This document shows positions 24,885 through 35,382 of a stretch of 40,285 nt of DNA, piece after piece (the stretch's first letter is position 1; the number at the start of each line of letters is the position of its first letter). The position numbers and the translations under genes are program-made. Source of the DNA: Thraustochytrium aureum (lineage: Eukaryota); contig BLSG01000180.1 in assembly GCA_012862495.1 (NCBI GenBank), positions 161,020-201,304 on the forward strand, read 5' to 3'. The notes under the pieces were generated by a model, which saw only the letters and a list, made by a program, of their open reading frames with translations, did not search any database and was not told the DNA's origin.

Positions 24885-25970
24885 ATGGCGATGGCGATGT
24901 CGGCGATGACCGCGAGGGCGGCGCGCTCGCTCGCGACGACGGGCTCGACGACGCGCGCACGCGTCGCGATGATGAGCAGCGTGGCTGGGTCCAGCAGCTC
25001 GTACACTGATGGACACAGGGAGGTTGTGAAAGGGCTGGAAGGACGCAGCTTGTTGAGGGTGGACGACTACTCGAAAGAGGAGCTCGAGGCGGTGCTTGCG
25101 CTGTCGAGGCACATCAAGGCGCTGTGCAAAGCTGGCGAGCTCCCCGCGGCTTTGGTGGGCAAGAGCGTGGCATCGATCTACCAAAAGCGCAGCACGCGCA
25201 CGCGCGTGTCCACCGACACCGGAATGGCCCTTCTCGGCGGCACCTCGCTGTTCCTCTCGACCGACGACGTCCAGCTCGGCGTGAACGAAACAATCCGCGA
25301 CAGCGCGCTGGTGCTCTCGCGGTTCAACTCGCTCATCCTCGCTCGCGTCTTCGCGCACTCTATCGTGGAGGAGCTCGCCGAGTTTGCGACCGTGCCGGTC
25401 ATCAACGCGCTCTCGGACGAGCACCACCCTCTGCAGAGCCTTGCCGACTACATGACGATCCAGGAAAAGTTTGGCGTCAGCAACGTCTGCGGTATGAAGC
25501 TTGCCTGGGTCGGTGATGGCAACAACGTGCTGCACGACCTGGCGCTCGCTGGCCCGCCGATGGGGGTCAGCCTCCGCATCTGCACGCCAGAGCGGCACCG
25601 GCCCGACCCGCACATTTGCGAGATCCTCGAGGACCTATCCGCAAAACATGGCACAACTGTCGAGTATATGGACGACCCGCGCCGCGCCGTGGCGGGCGCC
25701 AACGTCGTGGTCACAGACACCTGGATCTCCATGGGCCAGGAGAAGGAGGCCAAGCGACGGCTCAAGGAGTTCGCCGGCTACCAAGTCAACAGCGACCTCA
25801 TGGCGCATGCGGATAAGGACGCTATCTTCATGCATTGCCTGCCGCGCCACGCCGAGGAGGTCAGCGACGACGTCTTCTACTCGCCGCAGTCGGTCGTCTT
25901 TGACGAGGCAGAAAACCGGATGTACACCGTGATGGCTGTCATGTGCTCGATGCTCGGCAAGAGGCTCTAG
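24885..25970 (+). CDS. OTC: Ornithine carbamoyltransferase, mitochondrial precursor (361 aa, intronless)
   Basis: Carbamoyl-phosphate motifs KRSTRTR and HPLQ; ornithine-site DTWISMG and HCLPR; also WVGDGNNV and EAENR. The N-terminal MAMAMSAMTARAARSLATTGSTTRARVAMMSS is Arg/Ala/Ser/Thr-rich and acid-free, like a presequence. Confidence 0.96.
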   Translation: MAMAMSAMTARAARSLATTGSTTRARVAMMSSVAGSSSSYTDGHREVVKGLEGRSLLRVDDYSKEELEAVLALSRHIKALCKAGELPAALVGKSVASIYQKRSTRTRVSTDTGMALLGGTSLFLSTDDVQLGVNETIRDSALVLSRFNSLILARVFAHSIVEELAEFATVPVINALSDEHHPLQSLADYMTIQEKFGVSNVCGMKLAWVGDGNNVLHDLALAGPPMGVSLRICTPERHRPDPHICEILEDLSAKHGTTVEYMDDPRRAVAGANVVVTDTWISMGQEKEAKRRLKEFAGYQVNSDLMAHADKDAIFMHCLPRHAEEVSDDVFYSPQSVVFDEAENRMYTVMAVMCSMLGKRL

Positions 25971-26468
25971 CGGACAGCCTGGTTCAGTTGTCTGCAAACC
26001 TCTTCGGGCGGGCCCGCTTGTTGGGAGCGACGGGGGGGCTCTGCCCGGCGAGCACAGCCGTCGGGGACTCCTCGGGGCGGCGACCCCTGAGTAGAAGCTC
26101 TATCTGNNNNNNNNNNNNNNNNNNNNNNNNNNNNNNNNNNNNNNNNNNNNNNNNNNNNNNNNNNNNNNNNNNNNNNNNNNNNNNNNNNNNNNNNNNNNNN
26201 NNNNNNNNNNNNNNNNNNNNNNNNNNNNNNNNNNNNNNNNNNNNNNNNNNNNNNNNNNNNNNNNNNNNNNNNNNNNNNNNNNNNNNNNNNNNNNNNNNNN
26301 NNNNNNNNATCTGTGATACTGCTCTATTCCAGAAACAACAACGATTTCATTCCGTCTTGCTGTCACCATGAAAACGCTCGCGTCTGCGGCGCGGAGACCA
26401 CCTTGCAGGTTCAGAGATCTTCGGGATTGTGCAAGTGGTGGGACAGGGTCGAGTACCGTGCCACTGAG

Positions 26469-29400
26469 TTAATCGTCCCAAGAGTCCTTGAGCGGCGTCG
26501 CTGGGCTCGTCGCGCCGTGGGCCGCTCGATCGTTGAGGCGATCAGCCGCCGCCTCCCAGTCTTCGTCTACTACATCGCCCACAACGCCAACAGCCTTGGC
26601 TGCTTTGAGACAAGCTTCCACCTCCTCTTCGTCCTCGTCCTCGTCCTCGTCCTCGTTGTTGTCGTCCTCGTTGTTGTCGTCGTCGTCGTCGTCGTCGTCC
26701 TGGTCAGACACATCCGCCATCGACAGCTCCTTCCAGCAGCGAAAGCAGCAGATTCCGAGTACGAGGCGCTGTCGTTCATATCAAAGGCGTCGCAGAGCTC
26801 TCGCACGAAGCCGTCTTCGGCGCCAAGAGGCGCCTGCTGCTCCATCCGACGTTGCAATATCTCCTCGAGCGCCCAGCGGCAGTCGTGCACCAGGTCGGCA
26901 AGGCGGCGCTCACTGCAACCAAAATAAACCCAATCCTGCACGCCGACGAAGCGGCGCAACCGCCGCTTCGCCGTTGTCCCTCCGCCGGCGCGTTCATCCC
27001 GCACGTACAACGTGCCGCCCAGCTTTGCCACCGAAAAGTGGTTGGCTGTCAAGAACGCGCGGATCTTGCCAACGGCCTCATGCAAGTCGGGCCGAGCGCC
27101 CCTCACGGTTCGGCTGAGCCAAGCTAGCTTTGCTTGGCCCCCGCTCTTGCTCACAATTTCGGCGATGAACCGGCGCGCCTCGCGCTGCGGGCCAGAGAGG
27201 TGTGCGTCCGACATGCGAAGGTCTGCCTGCGTAAAGAAGGTCAAGCCGCCAGCATTACTGCCGCCTCGAGCTTGGTCGGCAGTGCACTCGGTCACCTCGT
27301 TGTCCCCGTCCCGCACACGCCCTTGCGCCTCACCAAAGACGAGGATCGGCAACGGGCTCACCTCGCTCGAGTCGAACAAGACGATCCCGCCTTGCGTTCT
27401 AACCTTGTCATGGTACATGACCCAACGGTGGCGCCAGGTAGACCCGGGGGCGTCCGCGTTGACAGAGCCTGGGTGCGCCTTCACGGAGCCCAGGCCGTGG
27501 ATGTAGATGCTCGTACGACGCCGAATGTCCAGCCGCCCCAAGTTGGGGTAGAGCCCGGCAAGCAAGCACGCCTTGACCACCGGCCAGTTCTGCGAGTGCC
27601 GGTTCAGCCAGGCCGTCGAGCCCGGCGAGGCCGCCCCGGCCGATTGCGCGCGCCTGTCCAGGCCAACCTGCTCGCTCCCGTGGTCAACGGCGCCAGGACG
27701 GCCACCAATGCCTGCCGCTGCTGCCGCCAGCTCGTTGCCGTTGGAGTGGGCGCTGGCGCTCTTCCCTGCACGCGTCTCGTCGCGCTCGCCGTCGTGCAAC
27801 AAGCCTGCGTCGCGCAGAAGGTCAATGTATTGTTCGCGGACGTCTCTGGCCATGCAGAGCTGCTGGTGGTTGAGATACTTGCGCCACGCGAAATTCTTGC
27901 CTTCGCGGCGCTCCTCGTGGAAGAGCCAGTCGTCAAACGCGTTGAGCATCGCCATGTGATCGCTCGGATACCCCTCCGAGAAGCCACGCTTGGCGGCGTC
28001 TGCCTGAGCCTTGGCTTCCATTGGCGCCACAAAGATTGTGCGCTGCGTCAGAATCGAAGTGATGGTCACCACCGGGTCTAGGCATCCCAGAATACAGGCC
28101 ATCACCAGGGCTTTGCCGATTTGCGGCCCCATCGGAAGCGTGGACAGGCACTTGCCAAGCCGCGTCAGAGCCTCGTGCTCGTGCTCCAGGGCGCCAATCC
28201 GCTTGAGCAGCTCGATGGCGTTCTCCGCTGACTTTTCGGAGGGCGGCGTCAGCGCCTTGTTCAGGAACGAGAGGATTCCTCCCGGGCAGCGCGGCGCAAG
28301 GTCCAATGCGCGCACCTGCAAGCACAGCTGCTCGAGCGGGGTGCGCACGATTTCTGGCAGAGAGTACTCGGTGAGCGCCTCGTCAAACATCTGCTTTGGG
28401 ACAAGGTGCCAGCAGCGACCAGCGCGCACACGCCCGGCGCGACCACGGCGCTGGAGGGCGGAGGCCCTGCTTACCCACGTCGGGAGAAGGCAGGATATGT
28501 TGGCCTCTTCGTCGTACGTTTTCTCCTTGTGCTTGCACGAGTCAATCACGAACGCGACGTCGTCGATCGTGATCGACGACTCGGCGATGTTGGTCGAGAG
28601 AACAACCTTGCGGAGTCCCGCTCTGGGCCGCTCAAAGATCTCCCGCTGCTGCGCGGTGCCCATGGACCCATGCAGCGGGCACAGGAGCCAGCGCCCGTGC
28701 TCGCGGTTGCGCCCATCTAGCAGCTCGTGGAGCTTGCGGATGTCCTCCAACCTGGCAGAAAGACGAGGACTGCGTGGCCGGCGTCCTCGCCTGCAGCGCT
28801 GGCCTTGTCCGCGGGATAGGTCTGGTCAATCTTGTCCAGCAGCGCGCCGATCAGGACGAGCGGTATCTCGTCCGGGTCAAAGCTCTCCACCACGGCCTGC
28901 ACCGTGTCCGGAGAGTACCTCGCTGGAGAACGCAGAAGGGCTTGGCTGAGCTTCTCGCGGCGCTGGGCCTCGTCCAGCTGCTGGTTCTCTGACGGGCGTC
29001 GCCGCCCGCGTTTGGGGCGCGCGCGGCGCGACCCGCCTCCTGCAGGCTCGGCGCCGAGTTCGAGACAACCGGTGAGCTCGACAGCGTCTTCGAGGTAAAA
29101 GTCATCCACAGCAAAGGTCCGTCCCGGCACGTTGATGACGGGCACCGGAATCCCGAGAGCGGCGCCAAAGTAGCCGGCGAACGTCTCTGCGTTGAGAGTG
29201 GCGCTCATTAGTACAATGCGCAAGTCGCGACGACGCATCAGGAGGTCGCGGAGGATCACGATAAGGAAATCAGAGTCGATCGAGCGCTCGTGCACCTCGT
29301 CGAGGATGATGTGCGTCACGTTTTCCAGATCGGGTTCCACTTGCAGCCGCCGCAGCATGACACCAGTAGTACAAAACAAGACGCGCGTGCGCTCCGAGGC

Positions 29401-29960
29401 GCGCCGCTCCAGCCTGATCTGGTATCCGATGACGCCTTGGGCCAAGCGACGCACGTTTTCGCCACGCTCTGCGGCGACGCGCTCCGCCACTCCGATGGCG
29501 CTGATCCGTCGCGGCTGTGTGCACACGATGTTGCAGTGCTCGCCGCGCGCCCAGGCGCTCTCGAGCAGGTATTGCGGTACCTGCGTCGTCTTGCCTGATC
29601 CCGTTGCGCCGCTGATCACCACGACGCGATTCTCGCGGACCGCTGTGATGATGTCTTCCCGCATTGCAGCGGTTGGCAGTTTGGCCCGAAATGCCGCGAG
29701 AGCTGCAGGCGGGCGCGGCGCCTGCGCGGCTAAACGCTCGACGTCGCTCTGCGCGTCGTTAGTGGCTGGGGGCCGGTGCTTGTCCTTGCGGCCAGCCACC
29801 TTGCCGCCGCCTTGCCCGCCCGCGTCCGAGTCGACGTCGATGCCGCGCTCGCGGTAGGCGGCCCGAAGCGCGCCAACCGCAGACTCTAGCTTCATAACGA
29901 CGTCGTCGTTCAGCACAAAGTCCTCTGGGTCGCCGTCGATGAGGCGCGCGTCGCCGTGCG
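26469..29960 (-). CDS. DExH-box (DEAH/RHA) RNA helicase, DHX36/DHX57-like; 5' end in gap (possible ATG at 30473); apparent frameshifts at ~28748 and ~26730
   Basis: Motifs GATGSGKTTQVPQY, TQPRRISA, DEVHER, MSAT, LVFLPGW, PLHG, STNIAESSITIDDV and QRRGRAGR, then HA2 and OB-fold regions (SDHMAML, AGLYPN). The acidic tail MADVSDQDDDD... ends at TAA 26469-26471. Confidence 0.92.
26622..26701. repeat. (GTC)/(GTT)/(CTCGTC) coding microsatellite, poly-Asp/Glu on the minus strand
   Basis: Translates as DDDDDDDDNNEDDNNEDEDEDEDEEE in ORF 26469-26720. Confidence 0.85.
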
Positions 29961-30661
29961 NNNNNNNNNNNNNNNNNNNNNNNNNNNNNNNNNNNNNNNN
30001 NNNNNNNNNNNNNNNNNNNNNNNNNNNNNNNNNNNNNNNNNNNNNNNNNNNNNNNNNNNNNNNNNNNNNNNNNNNNNNNNNNNNNNNNNNNNNNNNNNNN
30101 NNNNNNNNNNNNNNNNNNNNNNNNNNNNNNNNNNNNNNNNNNNNNNNNNNNNNNNNNNNNNNNNNNNNNNNNNNNNNNNNNNNNNNNNNNNNNNNNNNNN
30201 NNNNNNNNNNNNNNNNNNNNNNNNNNNNNNNNNNNNNNNNNNNNNNNNNNNNNNNNNNNNNNNNNNNNNNNNNNNNNNNNNNNNNNNNNNNNNNNNNNNN
30301 NNNNNNNNNNNNNNNNNNNNNNNNNNNNNNNNNNNNNNNNNNNNNNNNNNNNNNNNNNNNNNNNNNNNNNNNNNNNNNNNNNNNNNNNNNNNNNNNNNNN
30401 NNNNNNNNNNNNNNNNNNNNNNNNNAGGCGTTGCAACTACGTTCTCAACGAGCCCGCGGCGGACGACTTTCATGCGGTGCGCGGCGCACGGGGCGTGGAG
30501 CCCGTCCCGCGTGGTCGTCGGCGAGCGGGCTTTAAAGCGATGAGCGGCGCCACGTCGACCTCGTCTAAATGTGCCGCGCTGCGGAAGCGGAGCATTGTGG
30601 AACAGCTAACAGCGCAAGGGTGGGAAACGCGCGAGAACGCGGGCGAGAGCGAGAGAGAGAA

Positions 30662-30697
30662 TAGTCCGGTATCAGGTGCTAGTCCGGTATCAGGTGC
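30662..30697. repeat. 18-bp perfect tandem duplication TAGTCCGGTATCAGGTGC x2, overlapping the importin-like gene stop codon
   Basis: Copies at 30662-30679 and 30680-30697. The minus-strand TGA is at 30690-30692. Confidence 0.95.
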
Positions 30698-32968
30698 TCG
30701 TGGGGTCGAGTGGGAGCAGCGAGTCCTCGGTCTTGCTGCTCTCGTTCTCACTGATCATCTTCCAAAGGTCGAGGATGGAGCCGTTGTTGCTGAGGAACTC
30801 GACGTAGTCGGGCCCCTGCTGGCCCAAGCCGTCCGCCTCGGCGTCCACGGCGAGGTCCACGTCAGCACCGCCGGCCGCCAAGGCCTTTGCGCGAGTGCTG
30901 GAATCGCTGCCCTTGGACTCGGTGGAAGGCGCGGCAGGCGCCTTGTCGACCGCGGCGGGCGAGCCGTTGCGCGCTTTGGGCGGCGAAGCGGCCGCTCGTC
31001 GAGGCGCAACACCCGCTTTTGGTTTGCCGATCGAGCTTTCCGCGCCGGCCTCGCGCAAGCCCGCTGGTGGCGTTTCTGGTGCCACAGTGCTTGTTTCCGC
31101 CTCCTCGTCCTCCTCGTCCTCCTCCCCATCTTCTTCGTCGTCAGCTGTTGGCACTACCGATGTGGCGGCTTTGACCGGCGCGGTGGGCAGCTTGGGAGAG
31201 GCTTGCCTGGGCTCGCCCAGCTGCTGCGTCGAGTCTTGCTTCTTCTTCTCCTTCTCCTTGGCCTTCTTCTTCTTGCGTTTCGTCTTTTTGGAAAGCTGCT
31301 TGGACATTTCCACCTTGGCCTCGCCCTCGGCGAGGTCTTTCCAAAGGGCATCCTGGTAAGAAAGGTGGTAGACGGAGCAGTCACACGAAGTGCAAACGTT
31401 GCACTTGCACTCGGCGCAAAACTTCGTATCCGGCGAGTTGCGCGAGTACGGGGTCTTGCAGATGAGGCAGATAACAAAGTGCTGCTTCCACATGCGATCA
31501 GCTCGCTTGCGGATCGCCGGGTTGCGGTGATTCTGAAGCGCCTCTATCTTTCGCGTGTCTAATAGGCGAGCGTGCACGTTGTTGCCTGGCTGGTCCGCGC
31601 TCGCGGCGAGCTCTTCGCCAACCTGCAAAATCTTCTCGAGCCCCTCGAGCGCCATCATCACCATCGAGTTGTCGTGCAAGAGGTTGCAGAGCACCGATAC
31701 GCATCCCGCGCGCACGAGGTGCTCGATCTGTGACTCTGAACCACACGATGTGGCGTTGAGGAGCACCCAGCAGGCCTCAATCTTGACATCCGGGTCTGTG
31801 CTGGCATCTTTTGAGGCCAGCTCGACCAGCGTGGGAATGCTCCCCGAGTCGAGCACATACTGAATCTGCTCGATCGTGCCCGCCGCGATGTTGGACAAGG
31901 TCCAGCAAGCCTCCTTCTGGATCTCGCGGTTTGAGTGCTGAATGAGGTCGCGCAAGCAGGGCACGGCGCCGCACTCGATGATCTTTTGCGTGTAATCTTG
32001 CTCGTCCTCGGCGCACACAATGTTGCCGACCGTGCGGAGCGCCGGCTTGACGACGCGCCACGACTTGCAGTGGAGGGAGCTCGACGAGGCGGTTGCAGAC
32101 GTCTGCTTGCACGACCGACTGGATGTGGGGGCTCGGACCGTCGCAGAGGTGGCTCAAGGCCCAGCAAGCGTGCGAGAGCACCTCGGTGTCTTCGCTCTGC
32201 AGCACCTCGCGGATCGTGCGGAGAACCGCCTTGACCTTGAAAACAGGTCGCGGCTGGCCGTCGCAAAGGTTGCTGAGCGTCCACGTGGCGATGCGCAGCA
32301 GGCTGGTCTTTTTATTCTCGCGCATGCATCGCAGTAGCGGCTCCAGGGCGCCCGCGCCCAGAACAGTGTCGCGTGCGGTGGTCCCGTCCCCGGCGATGTT
32401 GCCGAGCACCCACACAGCCTGCTCGAGCACTTCTTGGTGCTTGCTCTCGAGAAGCGAGACGAGGGTTGGGACGGCGTTGTTCTTGATCAGCAGGTGCGTG
32501 TGCTCCGTGGTGCCGGCCGCGATGTTTGTGAGGGCCCACAGCGCCTCCACCTGCAGCGCGGCGTGGCCGTTCTTCTTCAGAAACTGAAGCAGCTGCGGGA
32601 CGATATTCTGGTCGAGCATGTCCTGCACCGAGCCCATGGGGTCGCTCTCCCCCACAGAGAGGAGCTGGCGGAACTTTTTCGTGGCCTCCAGCTGAATCTC
32701 GGCGCTGTCGCTGCGGAGCATCTTTTCGAGGTTGGTGATGGCCTGCCGCAACTCCTCGAGCGTCTTCTTCTTCTTTGTGCCGGAAGGCGGCGCCAGCTTG
32801 TTGCTTCCGCCGCCCCTGTCGCCGGCGGCGGCAGCAAGCTCGTCGGGGGTCATCGGCGCTCTGCCGAGGTCTATCTGGGCTTTGTTGGCCCTGCCGCTGT
32901 TGTCGCCGAGCCCGCTGGCGTCGGCGCCGATCCCGTTGCAGCTCTCCGCCGCGCCGCCTCGCGCGGCC
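30690..32968 (-). CDS. Importin-alpha-like ARM-repeat protein with long C-terminal extension (Cys-rich, basic, acidic); 5' end in gap; apparent frameshift at ~32075
   Basis: Importin-alpha ARM signatures FRQLLS, EALWALTNIAAGT, EQAVWVLGNIAGD, ATWTLSNLC, ACWALSHL, KPALRTVGNIV, KEACWTLSNIAAG and EACWVLLNA. Removing one G of GGG at 32075-32077 joins ORFs 31777-32853 and 30690-32018. Confidence 0.9.
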
Positions 32969-33839
32969 NNNNNNNNNNNNNNNNNNNNNNNNNNNNNNNN
33001 NNNNNNNNNNNNNNNNNNNNNNNNNNNNNNNNNNNNNNNNNNNNNNNNNNNNNNNNNNNNNNNNNNNNNNNNNNNNNNNNNNNNNNNNNNNNNNNNNNNN
33101 NNNNNNNNNNNNNNNNNNNNNNNNNNNNNNNNNNNNNNNNNNNNNNNNNNNNNNNNNNNNNNNNNNNNNNNNNNNNNNNNNNNNNNNNNNNNNNNNNNNN
33201 NNNNNNNNNNNNNNNNNNNNNNNNNNNNNNNNNNNNNNNNNNNNNNNNNNNNNNNNNNNNNNNNNNNNNNNNNNNNNNNNNNNNNNNNNNNNNNNNNNNN
33301 NNNNNNNNNNNNNNNNNNNNNNNNNNNNNNNNNNNNNNNNNNNNNNNNNNNNNNNNNNNNNNNNNNNNNNNNNNNNNNNNNNNNNNNNNNNNNNNNNNNN
33401 NNNNNNNNNNNNNNNNNNNNNNNNNNNNNNNNNNNNNNNNNNNNNNNNNNNNNNNNNNNNNNNNNNNNNNNNNNNNNNNNNNNNNNNNNNNNNNNNNNNN
33501 NNNNNNNNNNNNNNNNNNNNNNNNNNNNNNNNNNNNNNNNNNNNNNNNNNNNNNNNNNNNNNNNNNNNNNNNNNNNNNNNNNNNNNNNNNNNNNNNNNNN
33601 NNNNNNNNNNNNNNNNNNNNNNNNNNNNNNNNNNNNNNNNNNNNNNNNNNNNNNNNNNNNNNNNNNNNNNNNNNNNNNNNNNNNNNNNNNNNNNNNNNNN
33701 NNNNNNNNNNNNNNNNNNNNNNNNNNNNNNNNNNNNNNNNNNNNNNNNNNNNNNNNNNNATGTGCTTTTCAACTACGTGCTCAAGTGAAAATGAAATGCC
33801 TGCCCAGCGCGCCGCCCTTGATCTCGCCCGTTTCGCAAG

Positions 33840-33928
33840 GCCACGGTCTAAAGTGATTTGCTCGCCCAGCCACGGTCTGAAATGATTTGCTCGCCCAGCC
33901 ACGGTCTAAAATGATTGATTTGCTGGCC
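33840..33928. repeat. 29-bp minisatellite GCCACGGTCTRAARTGATTTGCTCGCCCA, ~3 copies
   Basis: Copies start at 33840, 33869 and 33898 (the third is degenerate), ~35 bp past the stop of the BMT5-like gene. Confidence 0.9.
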
Positions 33929-33962
33929 TCCCTCCGCCCTGCCTGCCGAGCAAAACGAACGC

Positions 33963-34909
33963 TCACTTGCTGCTCGTCGCCAACGGGGCACTGGACGTGC
34001 CAGAGTTCCTTCCAAACACGAACGTAAAGGCGTTTTTCGTCTCTGGAGCGTCCCGAAACGCCGGCGTCGTTCGCACGGCGTGATACCCCGGGTAAGCTTG
34101 AGCGTCAAACTCGTGCTTTGCGATAAATCTCAGCCCGCAGTCCTCAGCAAGCCGCCGAATGTTCCAGCTTGTGTAGAACGGCGTTTCGCGCAGCGCGACG
34201 TGGATCTGCCCCCCTGGACTCGCTAGTACACGCGTTGCGGCCTGGAAAAAGCCCGTTAGGACCGCTTGGTTGGCCTCGACGTGCTCTGCAGTGGAGCCCC
34301 CGACGTGGGGAAAGTTGAACACGACCACGTCAAACGCGTCTAGGTCCCCGAGGCAGCGTGCCACATCCTCCTCCTTAGTGGCGTCTATGCCGTGGAGCAC
34401 CTGCGCCCCGCTCGAGTCGACGTTGGTCAGCGCAAGGTGCGCCTCACTGCCGTACTTTTTCAGCACCTCCTTGCGCGAGTCCAGCGAGGAGGCGACAAGG
34501 TTCTTGGCGCTCACGAACGCGGTGCAAAGCGCGGAGGCGAACAGGAAAGAGGCCTCGCCAACAAGCAGAATCTTGGCTTTGCTCGAGTAAAGTCCGGCCG
34601 CACGCGGGTTGACGGTTCCCACCTCTTGGAGCGTCGCTCCGACGACCACCATCTCATCGCCCCCCCACCCACTGCTCCAGCGCCGGTATCAGAACGCCCG
34701 GCCGCCTTGGCCTTGCCCGACACGCGCCCCTTGCTTTCAAGCAGCGCCCTCGGCGCCTTGGCCTCTCGCGTGCGCGGCCGCGTCGCGTTGGCAGACTTGG
34801 CGGCAGCCGCCTCGCTCAGCCCCAGCACGTCCTGCAGGAACGCCATCTTCTTCTTCTTGCCAGACTTTCGCTGCGCCGCGACAGCCTCGCGCTCGCGCCG
34901 CTTCCCCAT
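33963..34909 (-). CDS. BMT5/DUF2431-like putative rRNA (uridine-N3) methyltransferase domain protein; apparent frameshift at C7 run 34660-34666
   Basis: ILLVGEASFLFASAL, LVASSLDS, VLHGIDAT, FDVVVFNFPHVGG, GGQIHVAL, YTSWNIRRLA and YPGYH match the DUF2431 pattern. A basic N-terminus (MGKRRER...KSGKKKK) joins in frame if one G is added in the homopolymer. Confidence 0.85.
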
Positions 34910-35220
34910 CGCGGCTCCTCAGGCTCGACGCGAGCGCGGCGGGCACCTCGAAGGGGGCCTGGACCTGCCACGCCAACTTGGTCCACCCGTCAGTCACCGA
35001 GCCCAGTCGCCCACATTCACGCGTACATCGCGCGGCCGTCGCGCGGGCGACCTCGCGCACGACCGCGAGAGAGCAGCGCTCGCCCCCCCCAGCCCCCTGC
35101 CAGCTCCTGGCGCCAGCCGTGCCGGCCCCGCCTGCCCCTCGCGCGCCCGTTCCATCCGTCCATCTCTCTCGTCCATCCCGTCCATCCATCCGCCCATCCT
35201 TCAGCAGCTGCGCCGGGAGA

Positions 35221-35382
35221 ATGGGGAGCGCAGAGGCGAGGACGAGCAAGGCCGCGCTCGCGGGCAGCCTGGCTGGCGCGGCGTCGCTGGTGGTCGCGTT
35301 CCCGCTGGACAACGTGCGCACGCGCGTGCAGCTGTCGCAGCTGCGGGGCGCGTGGAGAGCACCGTGGGTCCGACGGCGCAGT
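35221..35382 (+). CDS. Mitochondrial carrier family (SLC25) protein, N-terminal fragment; remainder in gap
   Basis: AALAGSLAGAASLVVAFPLDNVRTRVQ is helix 1 plus the Px[DE]xx[KR]x[KR] signature. The 728-N gap could hold most of the rest. The substrate cannot be assigned. Confidence 0.8.

Noticed and set aside
26570..26730. Poly-Thr/(RT)n C-terminus of the helicase as given in the ORF track
   Set aside because: It is the off-frame reading of an Asp/Glu-coding repeat. The alternative frame gives a natural acidic tail ending at 26469.
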